Part shown: one piece after another, positions 26,746-39,115 of the stretch
Layout of the letters: every line of letters starts with the position of its first letter
How positions within the stretch are numbered: the first letter of the stretch is position 1
Assembly (NCBI GenBank): GCA_021613535.1
Contig: CP075495.1
Coordinates: 5,084,001-5,148,000 of the forward strand
From: Adineta vaga
Lineage: Eukaryota > Animalia > Rotifera
DNA: 64,000 bases
Reading direction: 5' to 3'
The notes under the pieces: generated by a model
Told to the model about the DNA's origin: nothing
Databases searched by the model: none
The model's input: the letters and a program-made list of their open reading frames with translations, nothing else
Position numbers and translations under genes: made by a program

Positions 26746-27196
26746 TTTCTATTTATATTCATGTTCCTTTTTTTGTATATTTTACATGCTTTTACTGAAG
26801 AATTCTAATGATAATTATCTGACATAATGATATCAATAAAATCTTCATAATGTCAAACATAATGCAATCGTCACTTTAGTTATCAATAAACATAAAGGAC
26901 TGCTTGACTTTCTTTTACAACTTCATCTATTCATACACATAGTATTGCGTATAAATGATTTTTTTTCTCCGTATCTTTTATTTGCTCTGAATCATCTCAA
27001 TGCGATAGTTGGCAATACAATAAAAGCTTCATGTGCGGTAGATAAGTTGATAAAATGAATTGCTACATAGATATCACTTTCGTTCTATAAAGGTTTACAC
27101 TTATTCAACGATTTTTACTTGAATGCATAGAAGTTTATTCTTATCTACATCTGTTAGACAAACGACATAGTTTTCTTTTTTGAATTTTCAAAAGAT

Positions 27197-28237
27197 ATGG
27201 TTGAAAACACTTTGATCGTTTTTTGTTTGTCCTATATTTTGATATTTATTATATACCTTATCAGTCTTCGGATTAGTCAATATTACAATGTACCATACTT
27301 TTTTTATTTGATTTCAATTGTGTGTTCGTATGGTGCAATATTTATTCCAACATTCTTAGAATTACAATCAACGGTGTTTGTTGATAATGTTTCAATGAAT
27401 TTTTTTATCGGTGGTTTAAGTATTTTATTTACAATGAAGTTTTTTGAATTAGCATTTAGTTATCCATGGATATATATTCGACAAATACCTGCAAGTTTTG
27501 TAGTCATGTATATCATTAGTTTTCCACAAATGGCTGAAACAAAAGAAAAGTTTTCTTCACTGTCGAGTCCAACTAGACGTCAAGAAAATATCCGATCGAT
27601 ATCACGAGGCATTTGTCAATTGATTATTCTTCAAATTTTGCGTTATTTGATATCACCAGTATGGCTTGCACTACCTTCATCATCACTATCTCTATTTGCT
27701 CGTTATATTCGATATGGATTATTTAGCATTTTTCTTTATTTAACCATTGATACAATTAGCGGTATTGGCTTCGGTATTTATGGTCTCGTTTTTGATATAT
27801 CAATGAAATCGGTCTTTCCTGCATTTCCTTTTACCTCGACAAGTCTTCGAGAATTTTGGTCTCGTCGATGGAACAGATTGATTCAAACATCATTACATCT
27901 TCTATCTTTTATTGCTATTCCAAGTCTACTCAATCCATTGATTTCATTTAATAATACAATAAAAGGTTTTCTAGCATTTACAATATCCGGTCTAATACAT
28001 GAATATGTTTTATGGTTTGTCACTGGAAAATGGTCCGGTCAATATATGATATTTTTCTGGATACATGGTGTTCTAGTATTCTTAGAAGTTACATTGAAGT
28101 TTCCAATAAAACCAAATACAAGTTCAGGAAAATTTTTCGGATGGCTATGGACTATAGGAATTACGTGGATTACATCACCACTTTTTTTTGATCCAGTTAT
28201 CGATAGGAATCATATTTCCAATGTAGAATTAACTTAG
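27197..28237 (+). CDS. Membrane-bound O-acyltransferase, wax-synthase/MBOAT_2 type, intronless
   Basis: Polytopic membrane protein with 'PFTSTSLREFWSRRWN' and catalytic-His motif 'AFTISGLIHEY', then 'FFWIHG'. Confidence 0.88.
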   Translation: MVENTLIVFCLSYILIFIIYLISLRISQYYNVPYFFYLISIVCSYGAIFIPTFLELQSTVFVDNVSMNFFIGGLSILFTMKFFELAFSYPWIYIRQIPASFVVMYIISFPQMAETKEKFSSLSSPTRRQENIRSISRGICQLIILQILRYLISPVWLALPSSSLSLFARYIRYGLFSIFLYLTIDTISGIGFGIYGLVFDISMKSVFPAFPFTSTSLREFWSRRWNRLIQTSLHLLSFIAIPSLLNPLISFNNTIKGFLAFTISGLIHEYVLWFVTGKWSGQYMIFFWIHGVLVFLEVTLKFPIKPNTSSGKFFGWLWTIGITWITSPLFFDPVIDRNHISNVELT

Positions 28238-28827
28238 AAATAACGTCTATGAATTCTGTAAATTTGAATGCATTAAAACTGATTTTGTATATATATTTTA
28301 TTTATTTATTTATTTCTACATGGATGGATGATGGATCAATAGAGTACGTTTCTTCCATAGGAATGTTTTAAATGGAATCATATGATATTTTATCTTGTAT
28401 ATTAAATGTAATGGCATTGAGTAGTCGAAAAGTCACGAATAAAAAGGTTCGAATAACCGATTGTCGATTGTATAATCTTCGATATTGTCGTCAAAGCATT
28501 CATCTCTGAGAATGAGAACCATCTGGAAAAGTCGAAAAAATTCAAATATTTTATTAATTGAATATCTTCCTACACAAAGAATACGATTTTTCATAATATT
28601 CATTGCTTCATTACAAAACAAACAAATCAGAAAACAATATAGAAGAAGTTGAAAACTTCTTCTTAATTCTATGAAAAACACCTTGTTTTTTAAATAGAAA
28701 TCGTTGACATTAGCATCTAGCTCACGTCTGTTTTATATTCTCATCAGACTTTCGAAAATAATAGTAACTTATTGGATATATACATATAAATAAGTGATGC
28801 TTTTTCTCTTCACGTAAGCATAACTTC

Positions 28828-29812
28828 ATGGAAATCTCTCTTAAAATCAGTATAGTTTTGGGTTTCGTTTGCTTCTTCTTATGCAAAGCCAATGTAGTGC
28901 CTGCACAAGATGTTGAAAATGCTCCGAATTTATTTAATTTACCTGGAATATCAGCAAACAATCGAACTGATATCGAAATGATTGAAGGTGATATTGCATT
29001 TCCCGCACATGCCGGTCGAACTGCGTTTATTCAATCTCCAAAGTGGCCTAATGGTATTGTACCTATTGAATTCGATGGTGCATTTACTAATGATCAGAGA
29101 AATATAATTATTGGAGCAATGACAACAATAAGTGAAAATACAAATGATTGTATTCGATTCGTTTGGCGTAATAATAATCCAACTTGGTTAAGAATTCATT
29201 CTGGACAAGGGTAAAACAACTAAATCACATACATGTTCTTTGGAGAAAAATATTTAGATATTCTAAAAAATTTCTAGATGTTGGTCACATATGGGAAAAT
29301 CAGTTGGTTCTGGCGCTCAAGATCTTTCTCTTGAAATACCTAGTTGTATTCATCATTCAGTAGCATTACATGAATTATTACATGCACTTGGTTTTGCTCA
29401 TGAACAGACTCGTCCTGATCGTGATACATATGTGCGTGTTTATTATGAAAATATCCAAGCCGGTTAGATAAAATTATCATAAAGATACTATTCTTATTTG
29501 AAGAATTATTTTCTTCATAGGTCAAGCACATAATTTTGATAAATTTGCTTCATCTCAAGTGAACACATTTAATCAGGCATATGATTATGGTAAACATTTC
29601 GTGCTACATTTGCCCATCAATGATAAATTTTTCGAATTTATTTTTCAGGTTCAATCATGCATTATCGAAGTGATGCTTTTTCAACCAATGGTCGTCCAAC
29701 TATCAAACCTGTTCTTGCTGGATATGAAAATTGGGAACCTCTTATGGGTCGTGGAGATAAAATGAGTGCTCAAGATATTCAAAAGCTTAAAACATATTAT
29801 GGATGTCCATAA
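28828..29812 (+). CDS. Astacin-family (M12A) secreted zinc metalloprotease, catalytic domain only; 4 exons
   Basis: Signal peptide, propeptide 'IEGDI', 'KWPNGIVP', 'GCWSHMGK', zinc motif 'HELLHALGFAHEQTRPDRD', Met-turn 'YDYGSIMHY', ends 'KTYYGCP*'. Confidence 0.95.
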
Positions 29813-29982
29813 GACAAATCCATTGTAATTGTTTTCTCTTTCAAAAGAATAAATAATTGTAAAGATGAGAGACAACAAGAGAGCACATTTTTTCAATTTT
29901 TCTATGTTTCTTTATTTTCAAAGCAAAAGTAAATCGATATACAAGTCGGATAATAGTACAGCACATGAATATTCAAGTTTTA

Positions 29983-32752
29983 TTAAGTATGAATCGTTGG
30001 TGGATGTTGTTGTTGATAATAACTATTGGTATTATTGTTGGCATCATAGAGATATGGTGGCCAAAATCCATTCATTGATCCATAATCAAAATGCATGGAA
30101 TTTGATCGAAAAAAATCGTTTGTTGGATAAGGTGTGATCGTTGACATCATTGTTGTTGTTGATGATGATGATGATGTAAGAGTTGGTGGTGAAGACTGTT
30201 CATAGATATTAGGTGATGATTTGATCATTTCTTGATTTGGTGTAGTCACATCAACATCTTTACTTTCACATGCAGGTGCTAAAGATTGTGTTGCATGTAA
30301 AGATGAATCATTATTATTAGTTGATGTTGAACTTGTTTCATCATCAGAATAGACTTCTTCACCATTACAACTCATATCATTATCATTGGATGGACGTGTA
30401 CGATTACCTTGTCGATTGGATTTCTTTTCTTTCGAACGTTTATTCTAATGAAAACAAAATTTATTTATTAAAAGAATTATTCAATATTTTATTTTTGAAA
30501 CTTACTTGAAACCATATTTTAACCTAGAGAATAGAAAAAGAAAAGTGATTTATTTTTCAGTTAATCATCTTAATCAAATATCAACACAAATAACAAAATA
30601 ACCATAACTTCTATCTCTCATCACTCATCGATTTAGTCAAGCATTTCTTTTCTACATAGATAGTTTTTTGATGTGTGTATCTCTATCGACTATATTTTGT
30701 GTGAAGGGCGTATCGGTCATCATGTATTGTCCTTGTCCCATCAATGTACTATGTATATGTATGTATGGGAGGCAAAGGGAGGAGAGATGTCACACATAGA
30801 TCTTACAATCGAATATACCCGCAGGGTTCATACTGACCATCACATCAATATGCATCTTTTTTACCTGTCCATATTCTTTCACAATGTACATTTCTAATAA
30901 CAGGTTGTCTTGTGAGCATAAAGCGAAAAAAAAGGGAACAAAGCATCAATGCGTGCGTGATTTGGATATAAAGAGAAAAATGTCTTTGTATTTAAGAAGG
31001 AACGCCCATTGTACCATTTCTTACCTACTGTGAGAGATATATAGAAATCAATGAAGTAGTCTTGCGAAAAATTCAAACACGGAAATCGAAGTTGATTGTC
31101 TTCACTTCGATATTGATATATTAAATAACAGAACAAAAAATAAGGAATTTTTGTCGAAACGATTTGACTTCAAAACTATTCTGCACATGAATGAATATGA
31201 TCCGATTTCTTAGTATCCGTAGTGGGCGTTGTCATTTCAGATAAGAACTTTTTTCTCGCTCTTTTTTTCTAGCTTCAAACATGCCGACCATTTGCCCTCG
31301 TCTTTCGATTGTTCACGCAATGTTGAGCTCCCCGCTGATGTGTCTTTGAATTTATATATACATACAATTTGAGTTTGCCGATAATGCATCCCGCCTTCTC
31401 CCTCTCTTTCTCAATCTTTTTCTTCGTCTTATTTCTCGTGACTTGTTTTCTGCAATGAAACTATCAGTACACATCATTGCGCAAGTTAGTCATAAAATCA
31501 ATGACATTTTCATGTTATTTTTTCTCTTTCCCCTATCTCGAATACGAAGGATATAGACATTTGCCCGAAGATGGACATCATGAATGATGATCTACAATTC
31601 ATCATTTTTGTACATCGAAAAATAGAAGGACAAAAGACAATAAAATATGTTATGCTTAAGGCAATACATGTGACCTTCAATGTGTCAAATCAACAGATAT
31701 AAAAACTCACCTGAGTTTGTGTTAAAGCAAGCATTGCTGCTAATTCAGCACGTTCAGGCAATGCTAGATATTGTGTACGATGAAAACGTTTATTGAGTGC
31801 TTGTAATTGTAAGGGGTTGTAAATTGTTCGTGGTTTACGAACTTTTTTGCCTTTAGTGGCCATTTTAGGTAATGGAAGTGTTGTTTGTTGTTGTGGATGT
31901 GGATGTGGTAATGGTAGTGATTGAAAACTTTCATTACCATTTAGTGCAGCCAAATTGATCGATTTTTCTATTCAAATATCAAAATAAAAAGATCAATACA
32001 ACAAATAATGCTATTTTTTCTTTCTTGCCGACATTCTGATCAAATGTGATAAACAAACTTCTTTTCCCTCTCTCTCTCTCTCACTCACTTTGTGCCTCTT
32101 TCGATATTATAGATCGTTATCAATCGATCTTAGATGGAAGATCAAGAAATCAATTAAAGTTTTTCGTCTCTATCGATGATAGATCGAATCGAATTTTTCA
32201 AAATATATTTCTACAGAGCATTTTTTCGTTTTATCTTTTGAGTCGAAATCGATATCAATCATATTTCTTTTCTCCTGTTATCAGTATTCTTACGGATAAT
32301 ACTTTAACACTTCATTACTAACGATAATTTTCCTTGACACACACATTCAGATGTGGACACAGTTGGAATCATTTTGATTACTTACCTTCTAATGAGTTTG
32401 TACCATTTTCATCAGGTGAATAAAATGGTTTTATTGGAATTGATGGTGATGATTGAGGAATAGGAAGATTATTGGATGGAACGTAGACTGGACTCATAGT
32501 AACATTGACATTCATATTTAAACCATGCATAGCAAATGTTGGATAACTAGTTGGTGATGATTGAAGTTTATCATTTGAAAAATGTGTTGCTGAAAACATA
32601 TGTTGATGATGATGGTAATGCGGTGGTGGAGATGAAGAACTACCACCAATATTGGTTATATTGGATGATGATGATGAAGATGATGTCGAAGGATTATATG
32701 CAGTAAAATCCGAATAAGGATTATTCGATGGAGAGTAATGGTTTGGAAACAT
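29983..32752 (-). CDS. Dll: Distal-less (Dlx) homeobox transcription factor; 4 exons including an 18-nt microexon at 30506-30523
   Basis: Assembled homeodomain '[44 protein letters not shown]|VKIWFQ|NKRSKEKK'; Ser/His/Pro-rich N-terminal exon. Confidence 0.95.
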
Positions 32753-34653
32753 TTCGTTGCGTGTATGTGTGTATGTATATGTGTCTGTTTGTGAGAATGC
32801 ACAATTTGTCTCTAGTCACAAAATAGTGTGATAGTGGACCATATTTTTTTTTCGTTTCGAATCTTCTCTCTCTCTCTTTCCCTCCTTCTTCGCTTCTATT
32901 GTATACACAGTGGGTGGTTGACACCAATGATTGGTCTACACAAAATATGTATCAACGAAAAGGGAACGAACGAAAAAAAAGGGAACATTGAAAAATTCTC
33001 CTTTTTTTTATTTCTGTTTGAAGAAGATGTCCCCTGTGCCGATGATTGGCGAGACAGAAATGAAACGATCCAACAGATATAATTTGACATGCTTGATGGC
33101 GTCAAAACAAGGAAAAGATGAACAGGAGTATTGCTCGAAATGATAATTGAACTTCTACTTTACTTGAAAGATAACTGTCGTTATAGAAGAACTAAAGTAG
33201 CAAACAATAAAAGATGAGACTATTCACATTTTCGATTCGTGCGATTTTTCCATTTGCACTCGGTAGGTGGTTGACGTCTACGTACTTATTTAGTTAACAA
33301 AGGTGACACCGATAAAAAGCGTACTAAAACTTGCTCTTCGATGATCAAAAAATCACGAATATTTTCATCTTTCATATTTGAATTTTACTTTGAGAAAATA
33401 ATTCGATCATATATATTCAATGAATATAGTGTTCTAATTTTTGATTACATCAATTCTATAATGATAATAGCATCCTCAAAATTTCACAGCTTGTTCATCA
33501 TCCACTCAAATCATTCATGCTTTATTGACTTGCTTTCTTATTGAATATGTAACGTTGATAAATGCCCACTCATCATCCATATTACAGAACGATATGTCCC
33601 TGTATATCACTAGCACTTCATTTGCTATAGATGATAACTATTCTAGCGTATATACATAGAAATATTTAGTGTGTTAAACTTATGTAATAGATCTTCCAAA
33701 TGGTGTGATTTCATTCCAACAAGAGAGAGAGAGAGAGCGCATGAGCAAGCGAGAAAGAGAAAAACTTAGTGTTACAATGTTCCCATCATTGATAGACGAA
33801 AAAAGTGTTGCATTCCTTTTTCTGTCTTGTAACAATCTAATTGAACAAATATAGATTGTATTCATTGCATATATGCATGGTTCATCTTTCTCCTGGTGAG
33901 CGCGTGAATGAATCGTATTGACAATTTTCCCATCGACTTTTTTTCGCCTTGTTTCGATAGATATACCTATGATTCAAATTATAAAATAGTTAGAAAAAAG
34001 ATCAGATTTAACTTACAAGATAAAACATAGACATAAATGTTTCTGTCATGTGTTCGTAGAATACAACAATCTTGGCGAAAGAATTCTATAATATTTTAAG
34101 TGATTTAAATATATAACTACTTTTGTTTTATATCATATATGCTTATTTATTAGTTGTATTACTTTGTCCTTGCCTTCATTTGATATACTCAAATCGTTCA
34201 TTCATTTCACACATGGAAATTATCGATAATCATATTGATGATTTCGTTTTATTTGATGATGATAGGCTTTTCATATGTCGATCAGAAATCCAATTCTGTA
34301 TGACAAAGCATGAATGTTTAGTTGTCATTATTACTTTTGAAACTTGTTTCTTTCATAATACATGGGTATGAAAGCGTATGTCTATAATAATCATAAAGGA
34401 AGATAGGCAAAAGTGATGAAGGATATAAGAACGAAATACAAATTCTTCCCTGTGATCATTTGGACGAAATCAAATGCATAATTTTAATTTGACCAATATG
34501 ACTTTATTATAAAAAAAGGAAGTAGTGAAACAATGAAAAAAGAGAAGACAAAGAAGAAGAAATTACATTCTTATTCTTATTTACAACCACATTTTAAGCA
34601 CCTACAAACACACACTCACACATACTGTTATTGAAGATCGAAAAATAAAATAA

Positions 34654-36401
34654 TCACCAACCACCGGCACGTCGGCGGCCAGTTGATTTATCAGCTGGTT
34701 TGGTATCTTCATCATCTTTCTTCTTTTCAGTTTCTTCAGATTTCTTTTCTTCTGTAGCTTCTTCTTTCTTGTCTGTATCATCCCAACCTCGTCGACGTCG
34801 AGATGATGCCGTTGAAGTTTCTTCTTTCTTTTCAGTATCTTTCGTTTCTTCACTTTTCTTTTCTGTATCAGTTTCTTCTTTTTTATCTGTATCATCCCAA
34901 CCACGTCGACGTCGAGATGATGCTGTTGATGTTTCTTCTTTCTTTTCCTCAGTTTTCGAAGATTCTTCAGTTTTTTGATCATCTTGATCCCAACCTCGTC
35001 GACGTCTTGATGATGTTGTTTCTTCTTTTTTGTCTTTTTCCTTTGTTTCGTCTTTATCTTTATCTTCGTCAGTTTTCGTAGTTTCTTCAGTTTTCTTATC
35101 TTCTTCTTCCCAACCACGACGACGACGAGATGATGTTGTTTCCGCTTTCTTATCTAAAAATCAAAATGATACAGTAATTCGTACTATGTTTTTGAATTTC
35201 ATGGTTATATTTGAATAATATGCCTATACCTGTTTTCGATTTGCTTTCATCTTCTTTTGCATCAGATTTTTTACGTTCAGATGCTTTGTCTTCGTCCTTT
35301 GTATCACTAGCATTGGATTTCTTTCTTATGGGTTTGTCATCATCTTTATTATCGGTATCCCAACCACGACGTCGACGACTGGCTGGTTTTTCTGTTGATT
35401 CTTCAGTAAGTGAAGTTTTCTTTGTTTTCGTTTCTTCAGCAGGTTTTTCGTCTTCTTCTGATTCAGCTTTTCCCTCTTTTTCTTCTTCTTTTTCTTCAGT
35501 CTTTTCTTCATCTTTTTCTTCAGATTCGTCTTCTAAAGTTAAAAATAAAATAGACATAAAACAAAATCAAATTTTATATCGATTAACCTGCAGGTTTTTC
35601 TTCATCATCAGCTTTCTCTTCTCCTTCTTCTCCTTCTCCTTCTTCATCAGCTTTGGTTTCTTCTAAATATAACAATGTGTAGTCTATCAAGAATAGAAAC
35701 CAATCAATTTCTTACCAGTTTCTTCTTCGTTTTCTTCTTTGGACTTTTCTTCTTCATCACCTTCAGCATCTTCTATAGTACAAAAAAGAATATGGATAAT
35801 TTCTGATCAATTTTGCGAAAGATTTTTGATTTTTTTACAAATCAATCGAATCAAATCAATTACCTTTAGTAGTTTCATCACCTTCTTCTTTATTTTCGTC
35901 ATCTTCGTCACCAGTTTTTTCCTTCTTTTCACCATCTTCAGTTTCTTCTCCTTCTTCGCCCTCTTTCTTCTCATCTTCTTCACCTTCTTCACCTTCTTCA
36001 CCTTCTTTCTTCTCTTCAGTATCTTCATCTTCTTCTTCTGCAGCATCTTTTACTTTCTCGCCCGTTCCACCAGTTTTACTTGATTCCAATGCATCAAATT
36101 CTTCTTGTGTAATTTGTTTTAAAAATAGCTGTAATTTTTCATGTTCAATCGCTTGTAAAAAATCCAAATAATCACCACAGCATTCTTCTTCTTTGAAAAT
36201 TTGTGGTAACAAAATTTTACCATCTTCTGTTTTCTTGCCACTTTCAATAACGAAATCACGATCTTCTTCATGTTCTGGCGCAGCAACGTCAATTGCTTCA
36301 TACTCAAATTTCCACGAACTAAGAACTGCAAAAACATGAAATTGTCGTTTACGTATATCACGACGACCAGTTGTTGAAATAAAAAAAACACGAAGAACCA
36401 T
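34654..36401 (-). CDS. SH3BGR-family (thioredoxin-like) protein with very long E/K/D-rich tail; multi-exon
   Basis: N-terminus 'MVLRVFFISTTGRRDIRKRQFHVFAVL...EAIDVA...LLPQIFKEEECCGDY.DF..A.E...L..FLK' is the SH3BGR domain; acidic exons follow, ending 'TGRRRAGGW*'. Confidence 0.88.
34780..35380 (-). repeat. Five coding repeats of SRRRRGW[D/E] separated by E/K/D/T-rich spacers
   Basis: Copies at ~34780-34803, 34894-34917, 34987-35010, 35107-35130 and 35357-35380; synonymous codon differences between copies. Confidence 0.92.
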
Positions 36402-37662
36402 AATTTGAATTCAAATACGTAATAGAGGATAGTCCAAATGAGTGTAGTACAAAAGAAAACAATTGATCAACAGTCAATCATTGAGAAAAACATCACATTG
36501 TATGTATATTGTTGGCGTTTGCTTGTGTATTCCTATAGGATGCGTGGTAAAATAAATGGATAGAAAGAAAAAGGAAAGAGACAAAAAAAATAGCAGACAC
36601 AAGTAATACCAATATTGTACCGTTCTGAGAATGGTGGTTGTAGAGTTTTGCCCTTCTTCTTCTTTTTTTTCTCCTTGTGATATTTATTACCATAGATAGA
36701 GGGGATACAACCGTCGTTGTCTTCTTATCCCTATTCTTCTTCTTCTTCTTCTTTTTCTTCTATGTCGTCTTAAATCAACAGCTCTAGTTTTTCCTCTTGA
36801 AGAAATCGTCGCTACGTAATCGTCATCTTCTTCGAAAGGGTCGAATGATTACACACATATTATGCGTTTATACTGCGTTGTTGTTGTTACCATGTATATA
36901 TTCTGAGAACAAGTTAATATCTTTATAATACAACTGGACAATTGAATTATCAAGAGATATTTTTGAAAAATATCTACGTAATTTTTAATTCTAGCACTAT
37001 ACTAGTAATAATGTCGTTTCTCGAAAAGAGAAGAAAAGAAAGGAGCAATTGTATCCGATATACAATAACAATCCTACTGAGTTCTGTTTTGGGAAAGCTA
37101 CATTAAGTTGTAGGCGATGACTCAACAATAATAAACATATGATTTCAAAAATTTATTTTAAAGAATAGTGATAACGACAAAGTCATTGTATCAAGTTTCG
37201 AAGTCCTATACTTTATCATCGTATAATCAACATAGATAATTTGCATAAAAAATTAGTAATATCAACTCCTGCAGTTCTGATATTTATCCAAGGCATTGAG
37301 CTTATGATGATGAATGAAATAATACTATTAGCATTAGCAGTGAAACAATTTCATTTCTCTATATTTGTAACGAGCTTCTTTTTTTGTTTTCTCATTTATA
37401 TCTGTTCAGTATATAAAAGGTAATATACCAACGACATCTTTCTCATGTCATTAGTCATCAACGTCTATATTTTGAAGACCAATAACGAATCTTATGAATC
37501 ACATTATAAATATTATGTTCATCATCATCATCATAGAAGAAGAAGAAAAAACGGTACATACGAACGAATGAGAAAAAATACGAATATTGTTTCATTTATT
37601 TAATTTCTAATCTTTTTTCTGATATAAAATTTTTTTTAATTACTATTGAAAAACCATTCATC

Positions 37663-38475
37663 ATGCAAAATGCCGCGGCATCTGCATCTAGTACCACAGC
37701 TGACAATATGGCTGTTCTTATGGATATGGGCTTTTCTCAAGAACAAGCCAAAACAGTAAGCTTTGAAATTCTTGATTAGAATTGTTTCATACAAATAGGT
37801 CTCTATTCATTTAGGCTTTACATCGTGTAGAAAATCTAGAAGATGCCATTGCATTTTTACTTAATGATCAGACTCAACCATCTCCACCATCATCTCCCGG
37901 TGTTTCTCAAGTAATTATAGCATTGTCTTTTACCATAGATTTCCATTAAAACTCTCTTTTAGGCTGATACAAGTGATGATGAAGCATCCTATGCTGCTAA
38001 TCCTCGTTGTATGAAGTTTATTATCAATACAGGTCATCCATATTTGTCATTTTCCGCTTGTTTATTAAATATTGCGCAAGCATCATTCGATCTATATGAT
38101 CAAATCATGGAACATCGTTCACATTTATTATCATTTAAATCTTGGCATCATCATGGTGAATTAAAACAATTATTTGAATGTACGAATGGTAATCAATTAC
38201 GAGAATTAAATCAACAATTTGAACTTACATTAGATGCTAATCAAATCTGTACAGCATTAGTTCATGATTCCAAATATAATGAACCAGTTTGTTTAGCTAT
38301 ATTCGGTATTGCATCCTATCTTGAACAGTATACATCACAATTCAAACGTCTGCGATTATGTCCATCGAAATTTTTTATCAATGACGATGATGATAATGAT
38401 GAAGATCACGATAATAACATTCATAATACTAAGACTACTAATGAAAAAAAAAATAATGAAATCGCAGGAAACTAG
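37663..38475 (+). CDS. UBA domain + peptidyl-tRNA hydrolase 2 (PTH2)-like domain, catalytic motifs degenerate; 3 exons
   Basis: UBA 'AVLMDMGFSQEQAKT|ALHRVENLEDAIAFLL'; PTH2-like pattern 'MKFIINT', 'SWHHHGELKQLF', 'LVHD', 'VCLAIFG...LEQYTSQFKRL'. Confidence 0.7.
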
Positions 38476-39115
38476 TAATGATTTTGTTGTTGTCGAAAAA
38501 CTGTATCTTGTTCATGTAGATATTTCTATTGGCAATATTCTTTATATATATATTTGACAGTTCGGGTTTTCTTTTATATTATGTGTATCTTATTGGATAA
38601 AATATATATTTATAAAAAGAATGATTGTATGAAGAAGACTTTATTCGATGTATTTTTAGTTTTCAAAAAGTAATATTTGATGAACAGAAGATTCAGCAAT
38701 TTGTCAGAAACTAAACTGAATAGCTTATCGACAGGAAATACTGTTGTTTTTAAAAAGAAAATGTTAATCATTTCCTATTAAAGATGAAATTTCACATTTT
38801 CATATATTCCTGTTAAAGGAAACTGTCGCATTTTAGCTTATTATAACATCAACTATCTATATATTCTTTCATTTATAATAAGAAGATGAAATCTATTTCA
38901 ATTATGTTGTACTAACGACCTCTATTGAATTTATAGCAACAATTCTAACTGGAAGGTAAGGTCATCTATTTCAATATACCATACTCGAATACGATGATGA
39001 TTTAGGTTAGGTAAACTGTAGATTTATCCAATTTTTTTGTATTTATGTTATGTAGTGAAGTGAAGACCTTTTTTTTAATCTTATTACGAAAAAAGTCAGT
39101 CTTATTTCAGATCAA

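Noticed and set aside
34780-35380. RRRR-GW repeats as a neuropeptide (GWamide) precursor, or as a CRISPR-like repeat-spacer array
   Set aside because: No signal peptide, GW follows rather than precedes the basic site, and there is no amidation Gly. Repeats vary at synonymous positions, spacers are long coding low-complexity sequence, and the context is eukaryotic with no cas genes.
34602-36119. Lys-rich ORFs on the minus strand and Phe/Ser-rich ORFs on the plus strand (e.g. 34602-35117, 35211-35666)
   Set aside because: Alternative-frame and antisense shadows of the GAA/AAA-rich SH3BGR tail; low-complexity sequence lacks stops in other frames.
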